The notes beneath the pieces were generated by a model. The model saw nothing but the letters and a program-made list of their open reading frames with translations. It did not search any database and was not told where the DNA came from. A DNA stretch of 64,000 bases from Lysobacterales bacterium. Its GTDB lineage: Bacteria; Pseudomonadota; Gammaproteobacteria; Xanthomonadales; SZUA-36. Positions 49,891-58,435 of the stretch are shown in pieces. Every line of letters begins with the position of its first letter. The stretch's first letter is position 1. A program made the translations under genes and the position numbers. The stretch lies in assembly GCA_031362985.1 (NCBI GenBank), contig JANLTO010000017.1, forward strand, positions 15,947 through 79,946, read 5' to 3'.

Positions 49891-49959
49891 AGCTGTTTCT
49901 GACTGTGTGTCAGCTTCAGGTCTGCTGGCACGTCCTTTTGGTTTGAGCCGGAGGTCACG

Positions 49960-50403
49960 ATGAACCGTTTTACCCGCCGAAGTAGTCTTGTGTATCTGCT
50001 GTGGATCGTCTGCTTGCTGGCGCCTTTGCTGACACTGGCCCAATCCGATTCTAACCCTCCTGCCGGTGTGCTTTGGGAAGTGACTTCCCAGCCCACGATG
50101 GAGGGTATGCCCGGCTTCATACCGGCACAAACACTCAAGGTGTGCGCCAAAGCAGATGCGACTGAGCCGCCCGGTAGCGCCAACGATGAACGCGGCTGCG
50201 TTAACTCAAGTTTCCAGCGCGATAATGACACCGTGACCTGGACCTCGGTCTGCACCGGCCCGCCGGCCATGACCGGCAGCGGTGAAATCGTATTCGAGAG
50301 CGAAGACGCCTACAGCGGTGTACTCCGTTACGCCATGGCGGAAGGCACCATGGTTATCGCGCTGAGTGGCAAGCGCATCGATACCTGCACCAATCCGCGT
50401 TAG
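49960..50403 (+). CDS. DUF3617-like secreted protein/lipoprotein
   Basis: 147 aa. GGAGG lies upstream of the ATG and there is a signal peptide. Four conserved Cys with the spacing I remember for DUF3617 (LWEV...LKVC...RGC...WTSVC...GKRIDTC). Confidence 0.55.
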   Translation: MNRFTRRSSLVYLLWIVCLLAPLLTLAQSDSNPPAGVLWEVTSQPTMEGMPGFIPAQTLKVCAKADATEPPGSANDERGCVNSSFQRDNDTVTWTSVCTGPPAMTGSGEIVFESEDAYSGVLRYAMAEGTMVIALSGKRIDTCTNPR

Positions 50404-50458
50404 GGACATTCATATGCGAGCGTGTTTATCGCCCCTGGGGCACAGGTGTAATATTGAA

Positions 50459-51004
50459 ATGAGTTCGTTTCCATTCAGTCTGCTTAATTCGGCACCCATT
50501 TTTAGCCGTTTCAGGATGGCGCTTTATTTCGCTTACGCGCTTGTGCTATGCAACCCCAGCCTGGCGTTCTCCCAGGACGATTTCGACGCAGATGGCCGCG
50601 AGGTCAACGCTTACGTGCTGACCACAACCGGCTTGAACCAATTCAGGCAGGCTGCGATCAAGCTCGGCGAGTTCGCAGAAAGTGTCGCGGGTAACTGTGA
50701 CGATGAGGAGGGCGACAACTCCCTGGATGGAATGGTCGCGCGCATTCGGGACATCCCCGGCGCGGCAGAAGCAATCGAATCCACCGGTATGTCCGTGCGG
50801 AACTATGTGCTTTTCATGTTCGCGACGTTCCAGGCCGGGGTTGCCGTTTGGTCCCTGGATCAGCCTGGTGGCGCCTTGCCGCCCGGCGTTTCGATGGCCA
50901 ACGTGAACTTCTACCAGGACCATGCGGCCGAATTTCAGGAGACGGCCAGCCTGATGCCGCAGGATGAGTGTAACGGCACTGAAGACGAAAGCTACGACGA
51001 GTAA
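50459..51004 (+). CDS. Hypothetical secreted acidic protein
   Basis: Track ORF from 50366. A signal-like segment ALYFAYALVLCNPSLAFS follows ATG 50459/50516. No family recognised. Confidence 0.4.
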   Translation: MSSFPFSLLNSAPIFSRFRMALYFAYALVLCNPSLAFSQDDFDADGREVNAYVLTTTGLNQFRQAAIKLGEFAESVAGNCDDEEGDNSLDGMVARIRDIPGAAEAIESTGMSVRNYVLFMFATFQAGVAVWSLDQPGGALPPGVSMANVNFYQDHAAEFQETASLMPQDECNGTEDESYDE

Positions 51005-51017
51005 GGTGACTTCGACC

Positions 51018-52073
51018 CTAGCGCATTCCCCGCTGCAATTTCTGCAAAGCTGCGCGGCCGGGGTTGAGTTCCTCGAACGTAAACTCTTTGAGCGGCTTTT
51101 TCGCGGTGCCCGAAATGGAGTGCATTTCCGGCCAGTTTTCATCGATGAACAACAAGCCAGTGGGAATTTCTCCGCGGCCACGGTGCTGTTCGAGGTAGCC
51201 CAAGGCTGCGCTGCGACTGGTGGGATCGAAATCGGCCTCGGCTTTTTTCAACACGATGGAAGAACCATCGTGCAGTTTGACCTTTACCACTTCGCCTTCG
51301 GCATACTGCGTGGTGATTTCACTCGCAAATGGCACAAAATCGGTCGCCGTGGCTTCGTGCTTGTGTTCACGCGTATACGCGTAACTCTTGGTAGAGCCTT
51401 CGTGGTCGTTAAAGGTCACGCAAGGCGAAATCACGTCGAGCAAAGCACAGCCGGGGTGGGCAATGCCGGCTTTGATCAGCGACACCAGTTGTTCGCGGTC
51501 ACCGGAAAAACTGCGCGCGACAAAACTGGCGCCCATGGCAATGGCCGTGGCCACCGGATTGATGCTCTGCATTTGGTTGGGTGCGCCTTTCTTGGCGGTG
51601 CTGCCGGGGTCGGCAGAGGCGGAGAACTGCCCCTTGGTCAGGCCATACACCCCATTATTCTCGATCAGGTACAGCATGTTCAGGTTGCGCCGAATGGCAT
51701 GGCCAAACTGGCCGAAGCCAATGGACAGGGAGTCGCCGTCACCCGATACACCCACGCAGATCAGGTCGCGATTGCCGGCGTGTGCGCCAGTTGCTACCGA
51801 AGGCATGCGGCCATGTACCGAATTAAAACCATGTGCGCCCTTCACAAAATAGGCCGGAGTTTTGGACGAACAGCCGATACCGGACAGCTTGATGAGCTTT
51901 TCCGGAGCGATGGACATCTCCCAAAAAGCCTGTACCAGCGCGGCGGTAATGGAATCGTGGCCACAACCGGCACACAGGGTCGAGGTGGCGCCTTCGTAGT
52001 CCCTGGGCAACAAACCCAGCGCATTGCGCTTCTGACCGGGCAGATCAATCTTTGGTTTGGTGATAAAAGTCAT
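51018..52073 (-). CDS. korB: 2-oxoacid:acceptor (ferredoxin) oxidoreductase beta subunit (TPP-binding)
   Basis: Track ORF to 52121; ATG 52073 overlaps the korA stop (ATGA). MTFITKPKIDLPGQ...LCAGCGHDSI...GDGDSLSIG is the KorB/PorB TPP-binding pattern. Confidence 0.9.
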   Translation of the reverse strand: MTFITKPKIDLPGQKRNALGLLPRDYEGATSTLCAGCGHDSITAALVQAFWEMSIAPEKLIKLSGIGCSSKTPAYFVKGAHGFNSVHGRMPSVATGAHAGNRDLICVGVSGDGDSLSIGFGQFGHAIRRNLNMLYLIENNGVYGLTKGQFSASADPGSTAKKGAPNQMQSINPVATAIAMGASFVARSFSGDREQLVSLIKAGIAHPGCALLDVISPCVTFNDHEGSTKSYAYTREHKHEATATDFVPFASEITTQYAEGEVVKVKLHDGSSIVLKKAEADFDPTSRSAALGYLEQHRGRGEIPTGLLFIDENWPEMHSISGTAKKPLKEFTFEELNPGRAALQKLQRGMR

Positions 52074-53887
52074 GCGGCAGCCTCGGTAGCCATGTGTTGG
52101 GAAACGCCGTCTACGACGCATTCGCTGGAAATCGGCAAGCCATTGTAGTGCAGGATGGAAATTAATTTGCCTCCCGCGCTATCTGTTTCCAGTTTGAGCA
52201 GGGACTTCATTTGTGCATCCCGGTTTTGTTCCACTACGAACACCGTATCGTGGGCATTGAGGAACTCCTCCACTTCGGCGCCAAATGGAAAGGCCCGCAG
52301 GCGCAGGTAGTCCGCGTGGATACCCAGCTCGACCAAGCGGTCCCGCGCTTCAATCACCGCGCCATCTGAGCTGCCAAACGCCACTACGCCAAGGCGGGTC
52401 GGTTTCGCCGCACGCGTGAGTATCGCCTTTGGCACTGTTTTCTTAATCGTCTCCCACTTGACCAGCAAGCGGTCCATCACGGCCTGATACTCAGTGGCAT
52501 CCTCGGTATAACCACCCTGGCTGTTGTGGCCGGATCCACGCACGAAGTAAGCGCCCCTGGAATCTTCACCAGGCAGGGTACGGTAGGTAATTCCGTCCCC
52601 GTCCGTATCCGTATAGCGCACGAAGCGCTCAATTCTGTCCAGGTCCGCCGCACCGAGGACCTTGCCGCGGTCCGGCCGGTAGCTATCGTCCCAATCCAGC
52701 TCGGGGATCATCCAGTCGTTCATGCCGATGTCCAGGTCAGACAGAATAAAGACCGGGGTCTGCAGGCGGTCCGCGAGGTCAAACGCCGTGACCGCCATCT
52801 CAAAGCACTCCGCCGGATTGGACGGCAGCACGATCGGATGGCGCGTGTCGCCGTGCGAGGCGTAGGCGCACAGCATCAGATCGCATTGTTGCGTGCGCGT
52901 GGGCATGCCGGTTGACGGTCCGACACGCTGGATGTCGATGAACACCGAAGGAATCTCGGCGTAGTAGGCAAAGCCGATGAATTCGCTCATCAGGGAAATG
53001 CCGGGGCCGGAGGTTGGCGTGAACGCACGGGCGCCCACCCAATTCGCGCCGAGCACCATTCCGGCAGCGGCAAGCTCGTCCTCGGCCTGGATAATGCAGA
53101 AACGATTTTCGCCCGTTTCCGGGTCGGTACGAAAACGCTGGCAGTATTTGGTGAATGCATCCATCACCGAGGTGGATGGTGTGATGGGATACCAGGCCCC
53201 AACGGTGGCGCCGGCGTAGACACAACCCAGTCCGAGCGCTGCGTTGCCCTCGATTAGGATGTTACCGGCATTGTCGCCCATTTTTTCAACCCGCACGGGC
53301 AAAGGACAAGTGAAATTGGCAACTGCATAGTCATAGCCCAACATGATGGCCTGCAGATTACCTTCGACCAGCTTGGGCTTGGCGGCAAAGGTTTCCTCCA
53401 GCAGTGTTCGCACAACAGCGAGGTCGACATCGAGCAATGCTGCCAGTACGCCAACGTAGGCAACGTTTTTCATCAGGATGCGCACGCGGGCTACCGGAAA
53501 GTGTTCGTTGCACAGTTTCGCCAGCGGCACTCCCAGCACGGTGATGTCGTCGCGGTGCAGTGAGCGCTCACGTGGCCAGGTCGAATCGTACACCAGGAAA
53601 CCGCCGGGGCTGACTTCGGCGAGGTCGCGTTTATAGGTTTGCGAATTCATCGCCACCATGATGTCCACACGGCCCGAGCGCGACCTGTAGCCTTTGTGGC
53701 TGGCACGAATCTCATACCAGGTGGGCAGTCCCTGGATATTGGACGGAAACATATTCTTGCCGGTGACCGGAATGCCCATGCGGAACAAGGCCTTCATCAA
53801 CAGCCCGTTGGCGCTGGCTGAGCCCGTTCCGTTTACCGTGCCGATCTTCAGGACAAAGTCGTTTACCCGGCTTTGCGTTGCTGACAT
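52070..53887 (-). CDS. korA: 2-oxoacid:acceptor (ferredoxin) oxidoreductase alpha subunit (fused alpha/gamma)
   Basis: 605 aa. VNDFVLKIGTVNGTGSASANGLL...NIQGLPTWYEIR (gamma-like N-terminus), followed by pyrimidine-binding and transketolase-C-like domains. Confidence 0.9.
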   Translation of the reverse strand: MSATQSRVNDFVLKIGTVNGTGSASANGLLMKALFRMGIPVTGKNMFPSNIQGLPTWYEIRASHKGYRSRSGRVDIMVAMNSQTYKRDLAEVSPGGFLVYDSTWPRERSLHRDDITVLGVPLAKLCNEHFPVARVRILMKNVAYVGVLAALLDVDLAVVRTLLEETFAAKPKLVEGNLQAIMLGYDYAVANFTCPLPVRVEKMGDNAGNILIEGNAALGLGCVYAGATVGAWYPITPSTSVMDAFTKYCQRFRTDPETGENRFCIIQAEDELAAAGMVLGANWVGARAFTPTSGPGISLMSEFIGFAYYAEIPSVFIDIQRVGPSTGMPTRTQQCDLMLCAYASHGDTRHPIVLPSNPAECFEMAVTAFDLADRLQTPVFILSDLDIGMNDWMIPELDWDDSYRPDRGKVLGAADLDRIERFVRYTDTDGDGITYRTLPGEDSRGAYFVRGSGHNSQGGYTEDATEYQAVMDRLLVKWETIKKTVPKAILTRAAKPTRLGVVAFGSSDGAVIEARDRLVELGIHADYLRLRAFPFGAEVEEFLNAHDTVFVVEQNRDAQMKSLLKLETDSAGGKLISILHYNGLPISSECVVDGVSQHMATEAAA

Positions 53888-55683
53888 GGGGTCTCACCAC
53901 TGTTGCGGCCAGCGCGATAGTCGGCGGCCTGGGGAAATTGAAGGTAGGACTTCTGCATGTCCCAGGCGGCCGTGGGGCAGCGTTCGGCGCACAGGCCGCA
54001 GTGAATGCAGAAGTTTTCATCCTTGACCATGACGCGCCCGGTCTGCTTGAGTGCGTCGGAAACGAATAACGGTTGCTCGGCTTCGAGTCGCGGGGCTTTG
54101 AGCCGCTGCTCCAGGTCTTCCTGCTCACCGTCGTAAGTGATGGTCAGGCATTGGGTCGGGCAGATGTCCAGGCAGGCATCACATTCAATGCACAGGGAAT
54201 CGAAAAATACCGTCTGGATATCGCAGTTCAGGCAGCGTTCGACTTCTTTTGCCGTTTGCTCTGCGTCAAAGCCCAATTCGACTTCACGGCCCAGCTCCTC
54301 GAAACGGGCCTGCAGGGCAACGTGGTTCATCTTGCGCCGCGCTGAGGGATCAAAGTCGTTGGAATAGCTCCACTCGTGCATGCCCATCTTGCGGCTGCCC
54401 AGGTTGAGCGTGTCCGGCAAGCGATCACTGAGCTCCTCGCCGTGGCAATACTTGTGCATGGAAATTGCGGCCTGGTGTCCCTGCTCCACTGCCCAGATGA
54501 TGTTCTTGGGACCAAACGCCGAATCGCCCCCAAAAAACACGCCTTTGCGGGTGGATTCGAACGTGACTCTGTCAACCGTTGGCTCTTCCCACTTGTTGAG
54601 CTCGATGCCAAGATCGCGCTCGATCCAGGGAAACGCATTTTCCTGGCCGATGGCCAATATCACATCATCGCAGGGTATGAAAACGTCCCCGGTGATTTTC
54701 TCACTGGTAATGCGACCCTTGTCGATTGCATATTCCATCAACTCAAACGTCATGCCCTTAAGCTTGCCGTTCTCCACCACGAATTCCTTGGGCGAGTGGT
54801 TGACGATGATTTCTACGTTTTCTTCCTCCGCGTCTTCGAGTTCCCATGCGGAAGCCTTGAAGAATTCCCGCGGCTTGCGCGCCATCACCTTCACGCTTTT
54901 GGCGCCAAGACGCAGAGAGGTACGGCAACAGTCCATGGCGGTATTACCCACGCCGATGATCAGCACTCGCTCGCCGATGGATTCAATGTGCTTGAAGGCC
55001 ACGGACTCCAGCCAGTCTATGCCGATGTAAATGTTTTCCGTGTCATAACGGCCGGGTAGTTTGAGCTCCTTGCCGCGGGGCGCGCCGGTGCCGATAAAAA
55101 CGGCATCGTAGCCTTCATCGAGCAAATTCCTGAGGCTCCCGATGCGGTGGTTGTATTTCATGTCGACGCCCATGTCGACGATGTAGTCGATTTCTTCCTG
55201 CAACACCTCGGCCGGCAGGCGAAAGGAAGGAATGTTATAGCGCATCAATCCGCCCGCAACCGCCTGGGCCTCGAAAATCGTACATTCATAACCCAGCGGC
55301 ATGAGGTCATTGGCCACTGTCAGCGATGCGCAGCCCGCGCCGACCAATGCAATTTTTTTACCATTTTTCAGCTTGGGGATCAGCGGTAACTGCCCGGTGA
55401 TATCATCTTTGTGGTCGGCGGCAACGCGTTTGAGACGACAAATCGCAACGGGCTTTTCATCCATTCGCCCCCGCCGGCAGGCCGGTTCACACGGGCGATC
55501 GCAAACCCGCCCAAGGATGCCGGGAAATACGTTGCTCTCGCGATTGACCATGTAGGCATCGCTGAAGCGACCCTGGGCGATCAGGCGAATATATTCAGGG
55601 ACATCAGTGTGCGCGGGGCAACCCCACTGGCAGTCCACGACCTTATGGTAATAATCCGGATCCGAAGTGTCGGTTCTTTTCAT
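53863..55683 (-). CDS. GltD-like NAD(P)H oxidoreductase fused to a 2x[4Fe-4S] ferredoxin domain (KorC-like)
   Basis: Track ORF to 55734 (TTG); ATG at 55683.
- N-terminal Fe-S motif: CQWGCPAHTDVPEYIRL...GRVCDRPCEPAC.
- Dinucleotide-binding motifs: IALVGAGCASLTVA and VLIIGVGNTAMDC.
- C-terminal ferredoxin motifs: CIECDACLDICP and CIHCGLCAERCP.
- Overlaps the korA start by 25 nt. Confidence 0.8.
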   Translation of the reverse strand: MKRTDTSDPDYYHKVVDCQWGCPAHTDVPEYIRLIAQGRFSDAYMVNRESNVFPGILGRVCDRPCEPACRRGRMDEKPVAICRLKRVAADHKDDITGQLPLIPKLKNGKKIALVGAGCASLTVANDLMPLGYECTIFEAQAVAGGLMRYNIPSFRLPAEVLQEEIDYIVDMGVDMKYNHRIGSLRNLLDEGYDAVFIGTGAPRGKELKLPGRYDTENIYIGIDWLESVAFKHIESIGERVLIIGVGNTAMDCCRTSLRLGAKSVKVMARKPREFFKASAWELEDAEEENVEIIVNHSPKEFVVENGKLKGMTFELMEYAIDKGRITSEKITGDVFIPCDDVILAIGQENAFPWIERDLGIELNKWEEPTVDRVTFESTRKGVFFGGDSAFGPKNIIWAVEQGHQAAISMHKYCHGEELSDRLPDTLNLGSRKMGMHEWSYSNDFDPSARRKMNHVALQARFEELGREVELGFDAEQTAKEVERCLNCDIQTVFFDSLCIECDACLDICPTQCLTITYDGEQEDLEQRLKAPRLEAEQPLFVSDALKQTGRVMVKDENFCIHCGLCAERCPTAAWDMQKSYLQFPQAADYRAGRNSGETPCQQRKAG

Positions 55684-55759
55684 AAGCTGCTGAAAACCTG
55701 CCAAAAGTGGTAAGCCACGCGGGGTTCGGCGCAAGGATAACGTTTTTGTTCGGGGGGTG

Positions 55760-55771
55760 CATTAATTAATG
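55760..55771. promoter_or_regulatory. Perfect 12-bp AT-rich palindrome CATTAATTAATG in a divergent promoter region
   Basis: Read directly from the sequence, flanked by GGTG...TGCA. Lies between the kor-cluster first gene (start 55683) and the M20 peptidase gene (55908). Confidence 0.35.
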
Positions 55772-55907
55772 TGCAAATCGTCCGCGTGCCCCGCGCGGCC
55801 TCGCCCACCGTGTTTCGATCCGAACGCCCGCCACGATCGAACTACTTGCAGTCGTGCGGCTTGAGTCCTAGTGTTGAACATCATCACCCACGGCTGCCGG
55901 GCACATC

Positions 55908-57458
55908 ATGCAACGACCGATCTACCAGTTTCAATTCGCTTCTTCCTTCTGCTGCTGCACCGCACAGCTCGTGCTCTGCCTGGCATTGCTGCTTCCGGTG
56001 AGAGCTAACGCCGATCCCGCTGCTTTGGTGCAGCAATGGCGGGCGCAAAACGAACAGGCCATAGTGGACGGATTTGCGCAATTGCTGAGTATCCCGAACA
56101 TAGCCAGCGACACGGTAAACATTCGCCGCAATGCTGATTACATCAGCGGCCTGTTCGAGTCACGCAATTTCGCGGTGCGCCTGCTGGAAGTGAGCGGCAG
56201 TCCCCCGGCCGTCCTGGCCGAGCGGCTGACGCCCGGATCTGCCACCACCCTGATGATTTATGTGCATTACGATGGCCAGCCGGTTAATGCCGCGGACTGG
56301 GCTTCTGACCCGTGGACACCGTTGCTGCGCGATGCGCCGGTCGAACAGGGCGGCAAAGTCATCCCGCTGACCGCGCCGTTCAACCCCGAATCCCGCCTTT
56401 TTGCCCGCTCCGCCGGTGACGACAAGGCGCCCATTGCTGCACTGTTGGCTGCGCTGGATGCGCTGGATGCAAACGGTATCCCGTTGGCGGTTAATCTAAA
56501 GGTGTTTCTCGAAGGTGAAGAGGAAGCCGGCTCGCCGCATTTGGCGGAGATTTTGGCTCACCACCGGGACCTGCTGGGAGCTGACCTGTGGTTGTTCTGC
56601 GATGGGCCGGTGCATCAGAGCCGGCGATGGCAACTCAGCTATGGCGTGCGCGGCAGTTACGGTTTCAATCTGACCGTTTACGGCCCTAACCGGCCACTGC
56701 ACAGCGGGCATTACGGTAACTGGGCGCCCAACCCCATCATGCGCCTGGCGGAACTGCTCACGTCCATGCGTGACCCGGCCGGCAACATCCTGATCGCCAA
56801 CTACTACGAGCAGATAGTGCCCCCCAACCTGGCCGAACTCGAGGCCATCGCTGCTGCTCCCGATGTGGAAAGTGAGCTGATAAAGGAGCTGGGCATCGTT
56901 CGGCCCGAAACTGCTGACCGCCTGGAGCTGGCCATCATGCGCCCCGCCCTCAATGTGCGTGGTATTCGCTCCGGCGATGTGGGCGAGCAGGCCAGCAACA
57001 CCCTCCAGACCTCAGCCACGGCCTCAATCGACCTGCGGCTGGTGCCGGACCAGACTCCCGACTTCCTGCACGGCGTTATTGAGCAGCATATTCGCGGGCA
57101 GGGTTATTTCATCGTGTACCAGGACCCAACGGCACAGGAGCGTGCCGGTCATGACCGCATTGCGCGGCTGGAGTGGGAAAACTCCGGCTATCCGGCCTAC
57201 CGTGCGGCCATGAACCTGCCCATCGCACAAAGGGTTGCCGCCATCGTCAATGAACTGGCCGACGGCAGCCTGATCCAGCTACCGACCGGCGGCGGCAGCT
57301 TGCCGCTGTACCTGGTCGATGAAGCCGTTGGCGCGCCCATCCTGATCCTGCCAATTGCCAACCACGACAATAACCAGCACGGCAAGGACGAGAACCTGCG
57401 GCTGCAAAACCTGTGGGATGCGATCGAAATCTATGCGGCGGTGCTCACCGGCCTGTGA
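55908..57458 (+). CDS. M20 family metallopeptidase (dipeptidase/carboxypeptidase type), secreted
   Basis: 516 aa with a signal peptide. Motifs MIYVHYDGQP, ARSAGDDKAPIAALL, VFLEGEEEAGSPHL. Confidence 0.85.
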   Translation: MQRPIYQFQFASSFCCCTAQLVLCLALLLPVRANADPAALVQQWRAQNEQAIVDGFAQLLSIPNIASDTVNIRRNADYISGLFESRNFAVRLLEVSGSPPAVLAERLTPGSATTLMIYVHYDGQPVNAADWASDPWTPLLRDAPVEQGGKVIPLTAPFNPESRLFARSAGDDKAPIAALLAALDALDANGIPLAVNLKVFLEGEEEAGSPHLAEILAHHRDLLGADLWLFCDGPVHQSRRWQLSYGVRGSYGFNLTVYGPNRPLHSGHYGNWAPNPIMRLAELLTSMRDPAGNILIANYYEQIVPPNLAELEAIAAAPDVESELIKELGIVRPETADRLELAIMRPALNVRGIRSGDVGEQASNTLQTSATASIDLRLVPDQTPDFLHGVIEQHIRGQGYFIVYQDPTAQERAGHDRIARLEWENSGYPAYRAAMNLPIAQRVAAIVNELADGSLIQLPTGGGSLPLYLVDEAVGAPILILPIANHDNNQHGKDENLRLQNLWDAIEIYAAVLTGL

Positions 57459-57466
57459 GGGCGAGC

Positions 57467-57646
57467 AGGAATCGGTCTCACAGCCCGTCTTGTCCGGCAC
57501 TTCGTGCTTCCCTCGTGAATATTTCAGTCTGATCGGGACCGGTCTGGATGGGCATCGTGCCCATTCAGCCCTCGATTTTCGTCCTGAAAATGGTCCCGGA
57601 CTGAAATTTTCGCTCGGCGGCCAAAGGAGCTGTGAGACCGATTCCT
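57467..57646. repeat. 180-bp nested inverted-repeat structure (long hairpin / MITE-like or structured RNA)
   Basis: Outer arms are a perfect 18 bp: AGGAATCGGTCTCACAGC (57467-57484) and GCTGTGAGACCGATTCCT (57629-57646). Middle arms are ATTTCAGTC[TGAT]CGGGACC (57521-57540) and GGTCCCGGACTGAAAT (57592-57607). Inner hairpin ATGGGCA-TCG-TGCCCAT (57548-57564). Confidence 0.8.
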
Positions 57647-57751
57647 ACCCGCCCTTGGAGACTGTCGCGGCGTCAGAAGTCGCATATACTTAAACCGCAC
57701 AAAAACAACTCCTGCCCCATAACCGATGGCTTCAATCCAAGGAGAACACCC

Positions 57752-58144
57752 ATGACCCCCGAGCTCAAATACCTCGCCCTGAGCGCCACGTTCACGGTCC
57801 TTATGTGGATTCCCTACATCCTTGACGTCATAGCGCGCAACAAGATAGCCGATGCGGTCGGCTATCCAGCAAACCCGCTTGAGAGGTCGCCCTGGGCCGA
57901 GCGGTTGAAGAAGGCGCACTACAATTCCATAGAAAACCTGGTTCCGTTTGCCGCCATTGTGCTGGTAGCCCATGCAGCGAGCGTATCCAACGCAGCCACT
58001 GCTGCAGCTGCAGCCGCTTTTTTCTGGGCACGCATTGCCTACGCTGTGTGCTACACCCTGGCCATACCCTGGTTACGCACGCTGACGTTCGCGGTGGCCT
58101 GGGGTGGAACCATGTGCATCGCCTGGCATGTGTTGATGATTTAA
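57752..58144 (+). CDS. MAPEG family membrane protein
   Basis: Track ORF from 57632; ATG 57752 is preceded by AAGGAG. 130 aa. RAHYNSIENLVPFAAIVLVA...FFWARIAYAVCY is MAPEG-like. Confidence 0.7.
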   Translation: MTPELKYLALSATFTVLMWIPYILDVIARNKIADAVGYPANPLERSPWAERLKKAHYNSIENLVPFAAIVLVAHAASVSNAATAAAAAAFFWARIAYAVCYTLAIPWLRTLTFAVAWGGTMCIAWHVLMI

Positions 58145-58165
58145 GTCGGGTAGTTGGGATTTGCA

Positions 58166-58431
58166 GCGGGTAGGAGCGTCTTCTGACTCCCCGGCTCCGC
58201 GGTCCCGGATTACCATCCGGGACTACCTTCACATTCAAGCTGTCTTAACGGCGCCGGCCATACAGGGCATCCCGCCCTGGATGGCCAATGTACAAGGAAG
58301 TACAGGTGCCGCGAAGGCCAGGGATGGCCGGGAGAGGCCTCAAATGGGCTCCTGCCCATTTGTCACCTAACAGCTTGCCTGCTCGGCGCTGCGAAGGGAG
58401 TCAGAAGACGCTCCTACCCGCCGCAGTGCCA
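58166..58431. repeat. 266-bp element bounded by perfect 26-bp terminal inverted repeats (MITE-like / paired REP)
   Basis: GCGGGTAGGAGCGTCTTCTGACTCCC (58166-58191) and its exact reverse complement (58406-58431). The interior holds further hairpins: TCCCGGA-TTACCA-TCCGGGA and AAATGGGC-TCCT-GCCCATTT. Lies between convergent genes. Confidence 0.8.
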
Positions 58432-58435
58432 GTCC

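Noticed and set aside
49469-49959. thrL-like leader/attenuator, or an SRP-RNA or tmRNA-like gene, in the long region upstream of asnB
   Set aside because: There is no Thr/Ile-rich mini-ORF. The 12-codon ORF MILVLGSLLVSP is not followed by a credible terminator/antiterminator pair. GGTCCGGAAAC only superficially resembles the 4.5S RNA motif, and no tmRNA tag-coding sequence is present.
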